Notes: generated from the letters alone by a model not told the origin. 58,900 nucleotides of DNA, filler included, from Bipalium vagum (GCA_037834085.1; 3 parts of 3 records of this genome joined end to end with filler, not necessarily neighbours in it), one strand, 5' to 3'. Positions 24,205 to 38,560 are shown, numbered from the whole stretch's first letter. A program made the numbers and translations.

Positions 24205-24205
24205 A
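24120..24205. repeat. (AAT)n/(ATT)n microsatellite with inverted halves
   Basis: Direct reading of the sequence. Confidence 0.85.
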
Positions 24206-27200
24206 ATTATCATATGATATTTTATAATAATATTTCTCGAATTTCTTTTGCAAGAAATAAAAAAAATCTAAAAATAATTGAATTTTCTTTCATCTTAAAA
24301 ATTATTTTAAATAATGTATTATTTTGTCTTTTTAAGTTTTCAACCTACAAAAGTAATAATATTTAATTTGAAAATTGGATATTTATTTGTTTATATTTTA
24401 TATATTTTCATAATTCTCAAATCTCTACTTTTAATGCAAATATTTACTTAGAAGTCTTGCTTACATAATTCTCGAACCTATATCTTGGAAAATATGTTAA
24501 AAATATTTTATCAATATTTTTACAAAAATATTGATACACATTAGTATAGATTTTTATTTGATATTATTTTGACAACGAATTAATCCATTAATCCGTTTTT
24601 TTAGAAAATCTTGAATTAATAGAAAAATGAAAAACAGAAACTATTATTAGAAAATGTTCTTAATTATTTTAAGACTTCTAAAATATTAGGAAAGAAATTA
24701 AAAAATATTTTTTCTGTCAAATATTATTATTATTTTAATATTTAATAAAATAAAATGACAAAAAATGCAAAATTTATCTTTTTAAAAAATTATAAAATTT
24801 TTCCAAAAATAATTTTTTTCAATTAATTATATAATAATAATATATTAAATTCGTAAAATACATTAGAAAATATTTGGGTATAAAACTTATTAATTCTACA
24901 GAAAAATATTAAAGTAGTCGTTATAGTTTATACATCAAAATGACAGGAATTTATTTACGCGCCCAGAGATATTGCAGTTCTTTATTGTCATAGGTAGTTA
25001 ACTTTTATGAAAATTGAATATAACCAAAAGGGCAGTGTTACCATGCTCTTATGAAATTTTTCTTTTGAAAATATGTAAACCTCATTTATATTTAAAAAAA
25101 GACAAAATTTCAATTTTTTTCAATATAACCGATATAAATAGGCACAGTTTTGTGTTAATATTTTACTGAACATGCAAGGGAATAAATTTTTTGATAAAAT
25201 TCACCTGGCATAGAATATACCAGCTATTTTTAAAATATTTCTCTCCATATCTATGATTTTAATTGAATCACTGTAATTTAATGTTAATTTTTTAAATTAA
25301 AGAATTAAATAATTGTAAATTAAATAATTTTAACCAATTATAATTATAAATAATTTTCTAATAATAATAATAATAATCCAGATTACACTGTTTATATTTA
25401 GATCAATATTTTGAATATGTCAAAAGATAAATAAATAAAGAAAATGAAAAATAAAAATTTAGAATATATAACAATATTTATATAAAATTAAGTAATATAT
25501 ATATAATATTTTATTTATCATTAAGTAAATAATATCCATTCAAACGAAATAATTATATAAATTAGATTCGTCTGAAAGGACAAGACAAAAATTCAGATTT
25601 AAAACTCAATTCGCTTAAACCATCTTTTATTGAAATTGCAATTTAATACTCCATACTGTTTTCTTCTCAAAAAATAATCAAATTATTTGTCATAAAAACG
25701 AAACACAACATTTGAATTTTACTTTACCCATTAAAAAAATATTCAAATATGATTTTTCAAAGCCTATATTTTTGATATTTTATATGCTAATTTTAAAATC
25801 AATTAATAACACTATTTTCACTGTATCTATATTTAGATATTATTAATTATCTATATTAGTGATTCTCAACAATTTTATCACGGCACACTTTTAACAATTA
25901 CAAAATTTGGACGAACACTAACAAAATAAGTGTCACAGATTTAATAATATTCTGTTCAATGTTAAATGGTTCATTCTGTTAAATGGTTTTTGAAAATAAT
26001 TTTCAATGTAAAATAAATCCAATGCAAAAAATGAAGGATAATGTTTATTTATTAAAGCTTAAATGAGTTACAAAATATTATTGATCAGATTATAATTGAT
26101 TAATTGATTAATTATCAATTAATGCGAATGATTGAATATATAATAAATATTATTCTATATATTGCACCATTTTCCAAAAATTGAATGAAAAATATAAATA
26201 ACAAAAGTTAATCTCATTTTAAGGTTTTAACCTTTGAATTAAATTTTTTTTGAAAGTCTATATTATTAAATACTTTTAAAATAAAACAATTTGTTTAAAT
26301 TATTCGGATTTAATTTAATATTAATATAGAAAAGTCTGTTTTGTTAAATAATTAATTTATAAATATTTTTGGCAAAGAATAAATTTGCAATAATTTATAT
26401 TTTGTTAAAAAAATATGAATAATATTATTTTAAGTTACATTCTAATAATGTTAATTGAAGCAGTTAATAAATTGAAATTAATAAATAATAATTAAATTAA
26501 TAAATTGTTAAAAATTAGATTAAATAAATGTTAATTAATTTAGAATTTAATTAAGTTACTTTATTTATTAGTTAACAATTGGTCAATTGAAACGCTTCAA
26601 AATCAGTAATAAATATTTAAAATTTTAAGTTTTTATATAATTCAATGAATAATAAAAGTAAAGTTAAAAACTCAAAGGGTTAATATTTGATCATCATATG
26701 GTCATCACACTGACATTTCATAACAGAAAATATATATAACAGCCAGTTTAATACAAATAATGTCTTACAAATATTTAATAAAATTCGGTAACGTCCTATT
26801 GTAGTAAATCAAGAAAATGGTTCATCTTTTTACAGAACCGAACAGCGAAACAATGATTTATGAGTTATATGGAACAGATTACTTGACATTAGAGGAGATA
26901 ATTAGAAACCCATACCATAATTTATTCATACTCCGATTGAAAGTAAAGTAAATTAATACAAGACTCTCCAATCTTAATTGTAACCCATTAGCAATTCTGG
27001 CATTTGTATATTCCATACATAAAACCAATTATCTATTGTTCTTGGGTAACTTGATATTAAGATTATACAATTAAATCATATTTTCATATCGCCTCTCATA
27101 TTCCAAAGGAAATTCATCAAATGGTGAAACAAGATTTGGAAAATGAAAGTCGAAACACTTTTGGAATGAGTTGCGACAGAAATACGACACAAAAACCAAT

Positions 27201-27589
27201 TGAGTATTCCAGGAGAGAGAATAATTAAAATGATTGATATAGGATTGAAAATCATTAGAAATAAACGACAAAATCCATTACGATGTTAAGAGGGATCCAA
27301 GGAAAATTACATAATAATTAATAAAGGAAATCATTTCTCCAAATGTTATCACATTAAGGCATGGCTGATGTTTTGCTGAAGCAACAAATTAATCAACGTA
27401 GATTCAGTAAAACAAAAAATTTCATTCTTGAGATTGATTCAAAGTTCAGCTCGCTGAAATCTTTAATTCCTTGAAAAGAAGCCAAAATATCATTGGTCTC
27501 ATTAATTTCGTTGTCCACAATGCTACTATAGGAATATAAATAAATAATTAACGAATTGATTTATAAATTTAAGTATGTTTATATCAATC

Positions 27590-28420
27590 AGTGCAATGTT
27601 CAAAAAGTTTCGAGGATTTTCAAATAAAACAAAATTCTTTCTGTTCTAATGACTGAAAACCATATCCGCGAAGTGATGGTTAGAGCCAAGGAAAAGGAAG
27701 AAGTCATATAGCGCCATATCAGATGTATATAGTGCTGGAGGAATAGTTTTGGTTTGAGTTATTTACCCCTAAATTCGGTATTTTTTATGAACTGGTTTTC
27801 TCAAACGGCACATAACTTACAAATAATATTCTTTATTTACAGTTTGACCAACAGGAAATAGTTAGCATTGAATTAGACTACGATGTTACCAAGATACATC
27901 CAAATTGATTTTGATTTGGGAATGGCTTAGACGAACTCTTTTTGGTTTTGTTTCATTTCTGCACCATCTTCACTATATTATCAGCGTGTTTTTGCATGGT
28001 AGTACTATACAAATGTCTCATTACCGGTAATAATGTTTTCCAAGATTTTTGATAAGAAGCATTTCTTTCTTCAGCGAAAAATGCAAGGTGATATTTTTGA
28101 AAAAACTTTTGAATGCTTCGGCACAAGCCAAGATCTATTTCATTTCCAATTTATCCATCTAAAACGATTGGCAAGATCAAATTGATACTCTACAGTGTTC
28201 AGATTCACATTGTAATCATTGAATTGCACCACGTTTTTTAAAGCACCTCTCGTCGGTTGATGTGGAAAAATTGAATGAAAACTATTTATCTTCCACGAAT
28301 TCTCTCCTACATTAAAGATTTTTTATCAGTAACAAATCTGTTTGAGACAAAACTGCTGACCCATTTCCAGCAGTTTGGAACACGAGATATGGATACATTC
28401 AATACAAATCCGTTGACCTA
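27590..28420 (-). mobile_element. Degenerate mariner element
   Basis: LENIITGNETFV*YY (ITGDETW-like) and PALYTSDMALYDFFLF (YSPDLAPSDFFLF-like); TIR-like tgttcaaaaagtttcgagga at ~27597. Confidence 0.7.
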
Positions 28421-30480
28421 CAAAAATTCGAATTTAAAAAATCACTGATTGATTTTGTTGACCGATGACTTAAACAAAGATTTCTTTTATATAATGTGCT
28501 TAATAGCGTAACACATTTGATTTAAATTAGCGAAAGTTCAATAAATCAATCCAAAAACGATTTTTTGAAATTCTATTGTGGGAAATTTTAAAATGAGATT
28601 TTCTCGGAAATTTTTGAGCACAGTAATGTATTTAAACTATAGTTGAAAAAAGGATAATTTTAAAAGAATTTTATATATTTGTTTAAATATAATAAGAATA
28701 AATCAAACAAATTTACACAATTTTTTAATAAAGTTAATTTATTATTTTCTTGAAAATCTGGAGAAGCTTCTTTATTTTTTTTTCATATATTTAATATTAA
28801 ATCTAAAGTTCTTATGTTAGGAAAACTGTTTCTTATTCGACTATTACACAAATAAATTATAAATAGAAAATTTATTATATATAATTTTTAAGGTTTCTTA
28901 GAAAACCAAAATTATTTTTTAATATATTTCTTATATCCACAAAGTCTGGAATATTACGTCTAAAAGCTGAATTTGAAGTCATACAAATACGTAAAAATGC
29001 TAAATCAGACAATCATTTTTTGATTATTTTTATTATCATATATAGAGTAAAATTAATTATTATTGCTATTTTATTATTAATATTAATATATATGGTTTTA
29101 AATTCAAAATTATAAATATATATAATTTCATTTATAAAATAATATTATCAATTATTCTTTTGAAATCCGTAAATAAAGTATTATAATAATTGGCTTCTTT
29201 CTTACCAGGTATCAATTGAAAATAATTCTTTAATAAATAATATATAAGCAATCGAAATTAACTCTTGTCAATATACTACCTCCAAACCATGAAAATGTGG
29301 AATTCGTATTTTACAGTAATAAGGAAAGAAAAGTTATTGTTGAGATATATCAGCAATTATATAACATTAATAAAAGTCATTCATGTTTAATATTTACAGC
29401 GGTTACTGTGGAAGCACTAATCTGGTTAAAAGTACAAGATTTCGGGCTGCAAAGAGAAGTAAATACTTCTTCGTTGCTAGACTAAATTTCGGTTTGTAAC
29501 ACAACCCACAATTTATCCAGGTTACTGTGCGTGGCTTTTTGCCATTGTTTACTTAAAGAATAAAAAAATACGATTTATTACTCTTCCTGGTTTTTCATAT
29601 ATAGTTTTTTCAAATCATATTTTTTTTAAATAATTTTTTTATTAGTTTTTTTACATAAGTGCCTTGCATAATTCTTGGAACTCTGCGTATTTTGGTTCTA
29701 GTTTTCTCATCCTAATCAGTAATCTATCATAATTGAGAAATAAAAGCACTTTAGCGTTTTCTGATAGAATTGACATTTAAAAATTCTTCTTAAAATCAAA
29801 CGAAAATAGCTTTTTTAAACAACATGGAAATGATTTGAAGAAAGCAGATAAAATGAAAATATTCTTCTTTTATGGTTTTGACGTAGTATAAAATCTGTGA
29901 TAACAAAATAAATTTTAATACATAAAAAATTTAAGCAAAATTTAAAGAAATATACATTTTTCCCAAAATCACTCGTTCCTCAGTTTTGGACATCAGTGTT
30001 ATTTTATATTTTATATGATTGGATTTATCATTTTTTATTTTGTTTCAATTGTTTAATTTCAGTTTTTGAAAAATTGAATCATAATCATTTTTGAATTGTC
30101 TTTCTCTATAAAAGGTATTTTCAGTAACCTTTATTCTTTCAAAGAAAGAAATTTCCAATTGTGTTTTAATGTCTAATTATTTATTTCATTCAAGAGGTAA
30201 TCTTAAAATATATAATTAAGTATATAATTATTAACTAATTATTTTTAATTACCCAAGTTAAAGAGAATCACCATTATATTTTCTACTTTTAAAAAAGAAA
30301 ATGAAAAAAATTTAATCAATGAAAATATTATTTATAATTTTTATGTAATATATTTTCAAAAAGTTTAAAATACAAAACTTAATTTTTAAATCAATTAAAT
30401 TATTCTAAATTTTTTGGTGCTTAGCTTCATAAAAAGAATGTTTGTAATTAATCAATTTTATTGTTTTCACTTTTAAATAG

Positions 30481-30910
30481 AATTTTGTATTGATTTCTTC
30501 TGTTGATGAAGAATTAACTCTTACTTTTGAAAAAAGACTTCTTAAAGATTCACAGAAATTAGAAGAACTTGAAAAACCTCAAAATTACCACATCAATTTA
30601 AAAAAGGAAGATAATCAAAAATATATGATGGGTTATAAAACAGTTATATTTTAAAAAAATAATTAAAAATGTGATGTGCGAAAAAATTAAACAGAAAGAT
30701 TTTTTAGAAATTGAATTTTAATGAAAGTACTACAAAATACCTTCTGGAGGTGAAGATTGTAAAAAAATATAAATAGTTTCTTTTACGAAATAGGTAACTA
30801 AGAAATATGTGATTTACTTTAAGAGATTTTAGATGCAGCTAGACATGGAAAATATTTTTAAAACGTTCTTCAAAAGGAAAGTTTTACCAAAGTTAATGTC
30901 TGAAGTCTAA
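30481..30910 (+). CDS. Possible 3' exons of an unidentified gene (30481-30642, 30708-30749, 30833-30910)
   Basis: Three open segments joined in phase 0 by GT-AG introns of 65 and 83 nt, ending at TAA 30908-10; no recognisable domain. Confidence 0.3.
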
Positions 30911-33220
30911 TATTAAGATAATTAAGCAAAAATCATAAATTTTTTAAAATCGATTTTTCTTTGGTAATGAGTAATTTCCATAAAGACAAAGAAAGAAAAA
31001 TCTATGAGTAATTGTAATCAAATAAATCAAAAATGGGATTGCCACACACGGGAAAGAGCAGCAACATAATGGATTGATATTTTTAAAATTATTTTTCTAA
31101 TTAATTTTTAAGAACATTTATTATTTTTGTAGAACATTTTAATTGATCAAAATATTTCTTTTAAGTTAATTATCTGCACAATTAAATTATTTAAATAAAA
31201 TTTTTAAAATATTCACTGAAAATTTTATTAAATATTTCGAATTTAAAGTAAATAATACCATGTTTTCTTAGGTCATAGTAAAGTTTTGTTTTTAAAATAA
31301 TAAGCCATAGTGATTCAAAAAAAAACCAATTATAGAACTCTTTTTTTTATAGTTGAAAAAAGATGATCTGAAAGAAAAAAACTGTATTTTCATTTAATAT
31401 ACGAAAAAAACTTATGAATTTCTCACAGTTGAAAGGCATTTAAATTACTTTGGTTGATAAATAGATACAATAATTGAGTTCCACATGTATTGTCAGAAAA
31501 CACATATAACGCATTTCTGCTTGCACTTATTTCCTGAATTGAGATAAAACGAGACAATTTAAAGACTTTAACGAAGACAAATAATATGAGAATACCTACA
31601 TTTATTGGAAAATGAGAACAGATGCAAAAGCAGACTTACGTCAAAAGACGTTAGTGTTATGGAATTTGTGGGATTAAAACGTTTTAGAACATCCTAAATT
31701 CAATTTCCATCAGTTTTCTTCTTCAAATTCCGCAACAAGTCTAATTGAATAGAATTATGAGGCTATCTTAAGGATGACATATGATCACTAAACATAATAG
31801 TCAACATCGAAATGATCAAAAATTGAAGAAATATAAAAATTGCAGTTGTTTTTCTTTTAATTCGTCAAAACATTTTGCACCAAGACATATAAAAATGATG
31901 TTTTATTATGGTTCTCAATAATTACTTAAATAATTTTTTAACAAACCATTACAAAGAAATTAAGTTTTGTTTATTAATAGAAAACAAACGGCTTACGTCA
32001 ATTTTCCAAGAAACCTGTTTAAATATTTATTTGGAAAAATTATTCTAAATATTCCTATATAAAGAAAAATGATTAAGTTCGGTTTGGCCCTGTGTTGTTT
32101 TAACAGATTAATTATAATTATTTTTTATGTGAAATAAGATAAATTTCTAAAATTTGTGTTTAATTTTTGTTTTATGATATTAAGCAAGTTATTAATTTTT
32201 ATTCAAATATGTTATTAGTAAGGTGAGAGTTCTGTCAGAGCTACAAGTATTGATTGTTACAAATTGTATGTAGTTAGTATGTGAATAAAGTATCTAATTT
32301 CAGAGATGTAATAAGTATTTTTCAATCTGAAGAAATAGCAATCACTTATTTAATGGTAAAAATTGTTTTAAAACTACATACTTTGTATATGTGGTCAAAT
32401 TTTGCAAATAGTTTTAAATAGAAAATCATAAGTGTGATATGATAGATGTCAAAAAGAATTTGGTAGTGTACTGCTCTGCAAAATAGGAATATAAAGCCGA
32501 AAGATTTTCTTTTATTATTTTATCTAAGAATATGTGAAACGCAACAAAGAAATATTAATTTGATGACTACATTCAATTATATTTCATATAAAATAATTTT
32601 AATATTTTCCATCCAGGCTGTATCTTTTTCGTATTACCAAGTTTTATGTGACCAACTGTATTCAAGCCCTCTAAAATTCTAAATAAATAAATATCTTTGT
32701 TATAATCAATAATTTGTATAAACCATATCATTAAAATAGATATAAATAATTATTTAAGTTTGAAAATTTCTCAATAGCCAGCTTAAACAAAACGGGGCTA
32801 AGCCGATTCTCAATAAATAAATAAATACTAATATCCATGAATCAATTTACAATTTTCCGATTGCTTTTTACAATATTATTTTACAAGAAAAAAAGTAATG
32901 TGGAGCAAAGAAATTTATTTCATTTTCTCAAATTTTCCAAATAATTTATTACTTTTATGTGTTTTGTTTAATAAAATATTTTAATACAATGAGATGCTGA
33001 TTCAATTTGAGAATTTATCTGAAAACTGATAGCATTCTAGAGAAACTGAAGTTTTGGATTTAATAAATCCTTTCAATTCATTGATTTTCAATTGAAATTT
33101 AATGCGCTATATAAATAAATCCATATATAAATATATAAAATAATTAATAAGTGTAATAAGAAAAGAGAATTATATTTTTAGTTTATTGATATGGACGAAA
33201 AAAATGTTAAACTTTAAATT

Positions 33221-33234
33221 ATTTATTATTATTA

Positions 33235-33281
<47 letters not shown>
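33221..33281. repeat. (ATT)n microsatellite
   Basis: Direct reading. Confidence 0.9.
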
Positions 33282-33282
<1 letters not shown>

Positions 33283-33894
33283 TAATAATATCAAATTAAA
33301 TGTAAAAAAATATATTGCAAAATAAGAATTTCGAAGCTGCCTTTGAAAGAGATTGAAGTCACTGATAGTTGACAGATCGTAGTCTGAAATGTTAAATATT
33401 TAGCGATCTTATTCAATAATAATTTATAATTAATCTTTCTAATTAAATAATTACATCATTTAAATGTTTGAAGAACAAATATTTTACTAATGAATTTCTT
33501 TTGCAATCCTGTTAATGTATGTATCATAAAAGAATCTTTATCAATTATTTTAATGCAATAATATTTCAGTAAAATCGTGATATTGTCTTTTTATTATGAT
33601 CTGTTTAATATTTATTCAATAATAATAATAATTATGATGATAATATGTTCTTTTATGTGAATTCAAAATTTAATGAATTTGCAGCTATGGCTTTTATTTC
33701 TTTTTAAATGATTTTACATGATTATTATAAATGACATTTTATTAAAAATATAAGAAATTAACCGAAAAAAATTCCTTATTTTAAAATTATTTAAAAATAA
33801 CTTATTAAAACAGTTATTCATGTAATTTTAAAATACGCTTCGATTAAAGTGAGTTTTAATTTTGACTTTAAAAAATATAATTTATTATAATTTT

Positions 33895-33947
33895 TATAAT
33901 TATTATTTTTCCTATTTTTATTTTTTTTATTTTTTATTATTATTATC

Positions 33948-33999
<52 letters not shown>

Positions 34000-34000
34000 A
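33895..34000. repeat. (AAT)n/(ATT)n microsatellite with inverted halves
   Basis: Direct reading; explains the low-complexity ORF 33818-34009. Confidence 0.85.
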
Positions 34001-34399
34001 TTTATGCATTATTAATATTTCAATTTTTAATTTAATTTTTAGATATATTTTCTTTAAAATGATATTAAGTATTATTCAGTAATTATTTATCACTTATTAA
34101 ATTATTAATATTATTAATGTTTTTATAAAATATTTGAATAGCAATTTGAGTTCCAAGAATGCTTTTGTCAGTATCACCAATTGATAATTATTAATAATAA
34201 ATATTATTATTAAGGAATAAATAAAAGTCCAAAGACACGAAACTGTTGTTCGCAATATGTAACATAAGTAATGAAAATCAAATATAATTTACAACAATTA
34301 ATTAAATCTAATTTCAATTGTAATATTTAGACGTAGAACATTTGTTTGAACTAGATTGGGATTTTAAACAAACAAATTAAACGTCCATGAAATTTATTT

Positions 34400-35650
34400 A
34401 ATTATAACATTTCTCATAAACCAGCAGCTCAAAGCTCTATATGAGAATACGTAATTCTACACCTCAAATATTTACCCGTGCCCGATTACCATCAATGTAT
34501 TTAATAAATCATCGCAATTGATTAATTCTAATAAATTTTGATTTTTGTCATGTAGAAATAGACAAAACGAATAATTTTTTAACCCACACTTTGATCGGAT
34601 TTAAATAAAAACTTGAGGATAATGACTTGAAAAATTTTCTAATGATATATTTGAGACATTTGATAAAAGTATTGAAAAAAAATTGAAAAAGTAACAAAAT
34701 TATAAAGAAGTATTTAAAATTGTTTCAATAAACTAAAGGGAATTCAAAGGGGTTGAGTGCTGAATTCAAAAGATATATTGTTGTGGGTCATGTTTTAAAT
34801 TTAAAACATATTTGACATAAACTAAAAGACCAAATAAAGGGTTTACTATGCTATAATAGCATTCTTTCGAAATAACAATTGAAAATTTTGCTATTGGTTA
34901 TTTGTTTTAATTGATTAAAAGTATAAGAATTAATTTATATATTGAAAAATTAGAATCAAAACTTTTTTCAAAGAGAGAAAATCTCAAAATGAATGCAAAA
35001 TTTGAAAATTTTCAAAATGTGAACAGGCAGCGAGACATAGGTTGATCACTATAAGCAAAAGCTGAGAAGTTTAAGAAATGTGTAGAAAACAAAAGATGCC
35101 AAAAACTGAAAATATTCAGTCTCAAAATTTATTTAAAAACTGACCAATTTATCGATTCTTTAAAGTTCTCTACAAGTAAGCATGATTGTAAGAAGTTACA
35201 GCGCACTTCATGAAGCAGTGCACTTTTTAGCCATTGTATTTTTGCTTATGGTTATAACAAGGAATCCACTTTTCATCGGAAGTTATGATACTTCTTTCTT
35301 TAAGAGAAAAAAAAGTTTATCGATTTATATGATGAAAATAAAAGCAAATTAATAATTAATTACAACTATTTCGGAATTGAGTGAAAAATGGTTTAAATAA
35401 TGACATCGATTGCCAAGTTGTTTATATATCGAGAATTTCATAGATGAATTCAAGTTTGAGAAATAAGATCTAAAAATAGACAAGAAAAACTTAAAGACGG
35501 TGACTTGAAAAGTAATGCAAGCTCAGATCGTTTAAAAATTTCAATGTCATCGATTTGATCATCTGTACAAAATGAAGACACAATGTCGTTTAAAATTCGA
35601 ATCAATAAAAAATCCAAAAACTATTTGATAGAAGGGAAATGAAATATGCA
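34400..35650 (+). mobile_element. Degenerate hAT transposase remnant
   Basis: Frameshifted YCCG/HVLNL (CxxHxLNL-like) at ~34775-34803, an SxKR-like segment near 34980 and NASSDRL (A.xERxFS-like) near 35515. Confidence 0.45.
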
Positions 35651-36408
35651 ATGGAAAGTGAATTTTCTTTAATAATAACCAAGAAAGAGAATTATAAAAA
35701 ATAATGAATCGGCGATGATCAAAAGAATAAATTAAATAATAATTTTATATAAGAACAANNNNNNNNNNNNNNNNNNNNNNNNNNNNNNNNNNNNNNNNNN
35801 NNTTAATTAATTAANNNNNNNNNNNNNNNNNNNNNNNNNNNNNNNNNNNNNNNNNNNNTAGGTTCGCCATTGTCAAGATTAGATCCTTTTTAGAAATAAT
35901 TAATTGCCCATTTTTGTACTTTTTAATTAATTAATAATTATTTTATTATTATCATTATTATTATTTATGACCCTCTTGCGGTCTTAATAATTAATTGATC
36001 AATTAAAACCCTATTGCGGTCTCAGTTAGCAAGGATATGTCCTTGGCTAACCCAACATTATTATGATTATTATTACCGAAATACAAAAGATTTTATTTAA
36101 AAATAAATATAAAAATTTGCAAGATGACAAATCCAATTTTAACTCATTAACTAATTTTGGCTTCTTTCATCCGTAGTTGATAGGCTAAGTTTATCTAAGT
36201 TATCTGATTCGCCCACGTTTTGAAGAATAAATTTTTCGCAATTATTTTTTGAATTTCTATTGTTGACTTTACAGATCTTGATCTTTGATCATCGTTCGAG
36301 GTTTGATCTTAATTCTGGGGTTTTTCAATGTCGTTGATGCGCCGGCGATCGAAAGTTTTTTGCCAAATTAAAGTGATTTTGGCCTCCAGTGCATCTAATC
36401 TTCTGGTG

Positions 36409-36694
36409 TTGGAGTACTCTTCCATTNNNNNNNNNNNNNNNNNNNNNNNNNNNNNNNNNNNNNNNNNNNNNNNNNNNNNNNNNNNNNNNNNNNNNNNNNN
36501 NNNNNNNNNNNNNNNNNNNNNNNNNNGCTTTAAACAGCTTGACACTCCTCAACTATCGCACTTCTTTTTATAACTTTTTAAAAATTATTATGTAATTTTA
36601 CTTGGAGTACTCTTCCATTGCTTTAAACAGCTTGACACTCCTCAACTATCGCACTTCTTTTTATAACTTTTTAAAAATTATTATGTAATTTTAC
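36409..36694. repeat. 93-bp tandem repeat straddling a 100-N gap
   Basis: ttggagtactcttccatt | gap | gctttaaacagc... reappears contiguously at 36602-36694. Confidence 0.85.
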
Positions 36695-37939
36695 TTTAAA
36701 AAATATTTGAAATTTTGAATGAAATTATAATTAATTAAGCTTTAAATTCAATTTATTGATATTAAAAAATTTTTAAAAATTAATTTAAATTAATGTAAAT
36801 AGGTATATTTATATTAAAAATATTTAATCAAACACTCCATTAAAAATTTTAAATAATTAACTCTAAAATTAAAAGACAAAGTTGACCTTGGGTTTTGAGG
36901 TTGGTCCAAAGCTTGAAGTAAGAAATGCCGATTAGTTTGTGTAAGTAGCCAAAAGTTTTACTCTTCTCCAAGCAATCAAAGTAGGCAATATTTGGATTAG
37001 TGATCTCTGACTGTATTTTGATTTCTATTCTGTTTTGGCTCATTTGGAATTGTTTATTACATTAATCTCAAATTAATAAATATCGAAAAAATCCTCTATT
37101 CCAACACCCTGTTTTCCATTAGGTGAGGAGAGAGTTTGTTTGTTAATGATCCTGTTTCTCAAGTGAAAGAGCAGCCTTGATTGTAGAAAAAAAGGTTAGT
37201 GAATATACCAAAACCGGAATATCTTTGTACATTTTTTGGTTTCGCTAATATTCCATTGAAGACTGTGTTTATTTCAAATATCAGATTTCGTGAAATGATA
37301 CCATTTATCGGTTTATTTCTTCAACCAGTTTCATTTTTTCTAAGTATTTGAGGCACTCTACACACTTTTCTTTTAAAGTCGAGCTCGATAAAAGTCTATT
37401 TATAGTTTTAAGTGCCAAATTTTCTCATCATTTTCATTTAGGTCTTTCATATTTTCTGCGGTATAGATCGGTTTCAGAAAACCAATATTCCTCAGATGTC
37501 TTTTCACAAATTAGGCAAAATAGTAATTCCTCATTGTAAATTGACGGGATAAAGGCATATTTCAGGTAATCCACATTAAATCACCTGTATTTTTTCTTCC
37601 AACTTACATCTGTGATTTTTGATGTCTACAAATAATAAATTAATTACGATAAAAATTAATGATTCAATTTTTAATGAGATTTTATTAAAACAAATTGTAA
37701 TTATTTATTTATAGTTAATAATTAAAATTAACTATTGCATAAAATTATACAAAACAATTAGTAATACTATTTAATACTTAATATTTAACAATTACAGTTA
37801 GTTTATTTGATAACTCAGTCTTATCCATGGACCCCTGGTCTTTCAAAGACCTCTTCAATGTTCTCCATACGGACCACTTTGAGAACCATTAATTTAAATG
37901 ATCATGATCTTGAACTTTATCCACATTTTATTGTTAAGA

Positions 37940-38560
37940 GCTCCGCTCGCTCCTTTGAATAATTAATTTTTTCATCTTCAGATATAATTATTCTATTTTT
38001 ATAATAATTACTTTCATTTCTTACTGTTTGATAAATCATTTTTTTTGCATTAATAAAATCATCTAAAACATTTTTTCCGTAAAATTCAAAATATCTTGAT
38101 CCACACAATCCATGTAACTTTGATTTAATATAAATTCTACTCTTAAAGAAAGTTGTTCAGATATCAATTTTGTATCATTTAAAATATTTTCATTTATGTG
38201 TATTATAACGATTTAAATCACTGTAAATTACACATGGTATTTTATTTCTAAAATAATGATTTTTATATTAACAATAATCTTCTTTTAAAAATCTAGCCTG
38301 ACCTCTTCTTGTTCTAGACAATCTTATATTTTCATTAAGTAGATATTCTGATCTACATGAATTAAAACAATTAAGGCAAATATAATTACTTTTAGACCTT
38401 TTATTAGAAAATATTTTCATATTTTAATATTTTTACATAATACACAATGATTATTATATTATAATCAATTATATTTTCTTTCTTCTATAGCTGGATGTTA
38501 TAAAATTTTCAAAATAGTATTTCTTCTTTCTTCTTTCATACTTATTTTTCCTGGTATAGG
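37940..38560 (-). mobile_element. Second Polinton/adintovirus-like PolB-associated fragment, same family as 9300-10260
   Basis: Shares IISEDEKINY, CLNCFNS and KNKIPCVIYSD segments collinear with the first copy. Confidence 0.6.

Noticed and set aside
33818-34009. Poly-Asn/Ile ORF
   Set aside because: Translation of a microsatellite.
35990-36056. Complete HDV-like or hammerhead ribozyme
   Set aside because: No 5' partners for P1/P2 and no CUGANGA...GAAA core; a simple hairpin explains the pairing. Kept only as a low-confidence finding.
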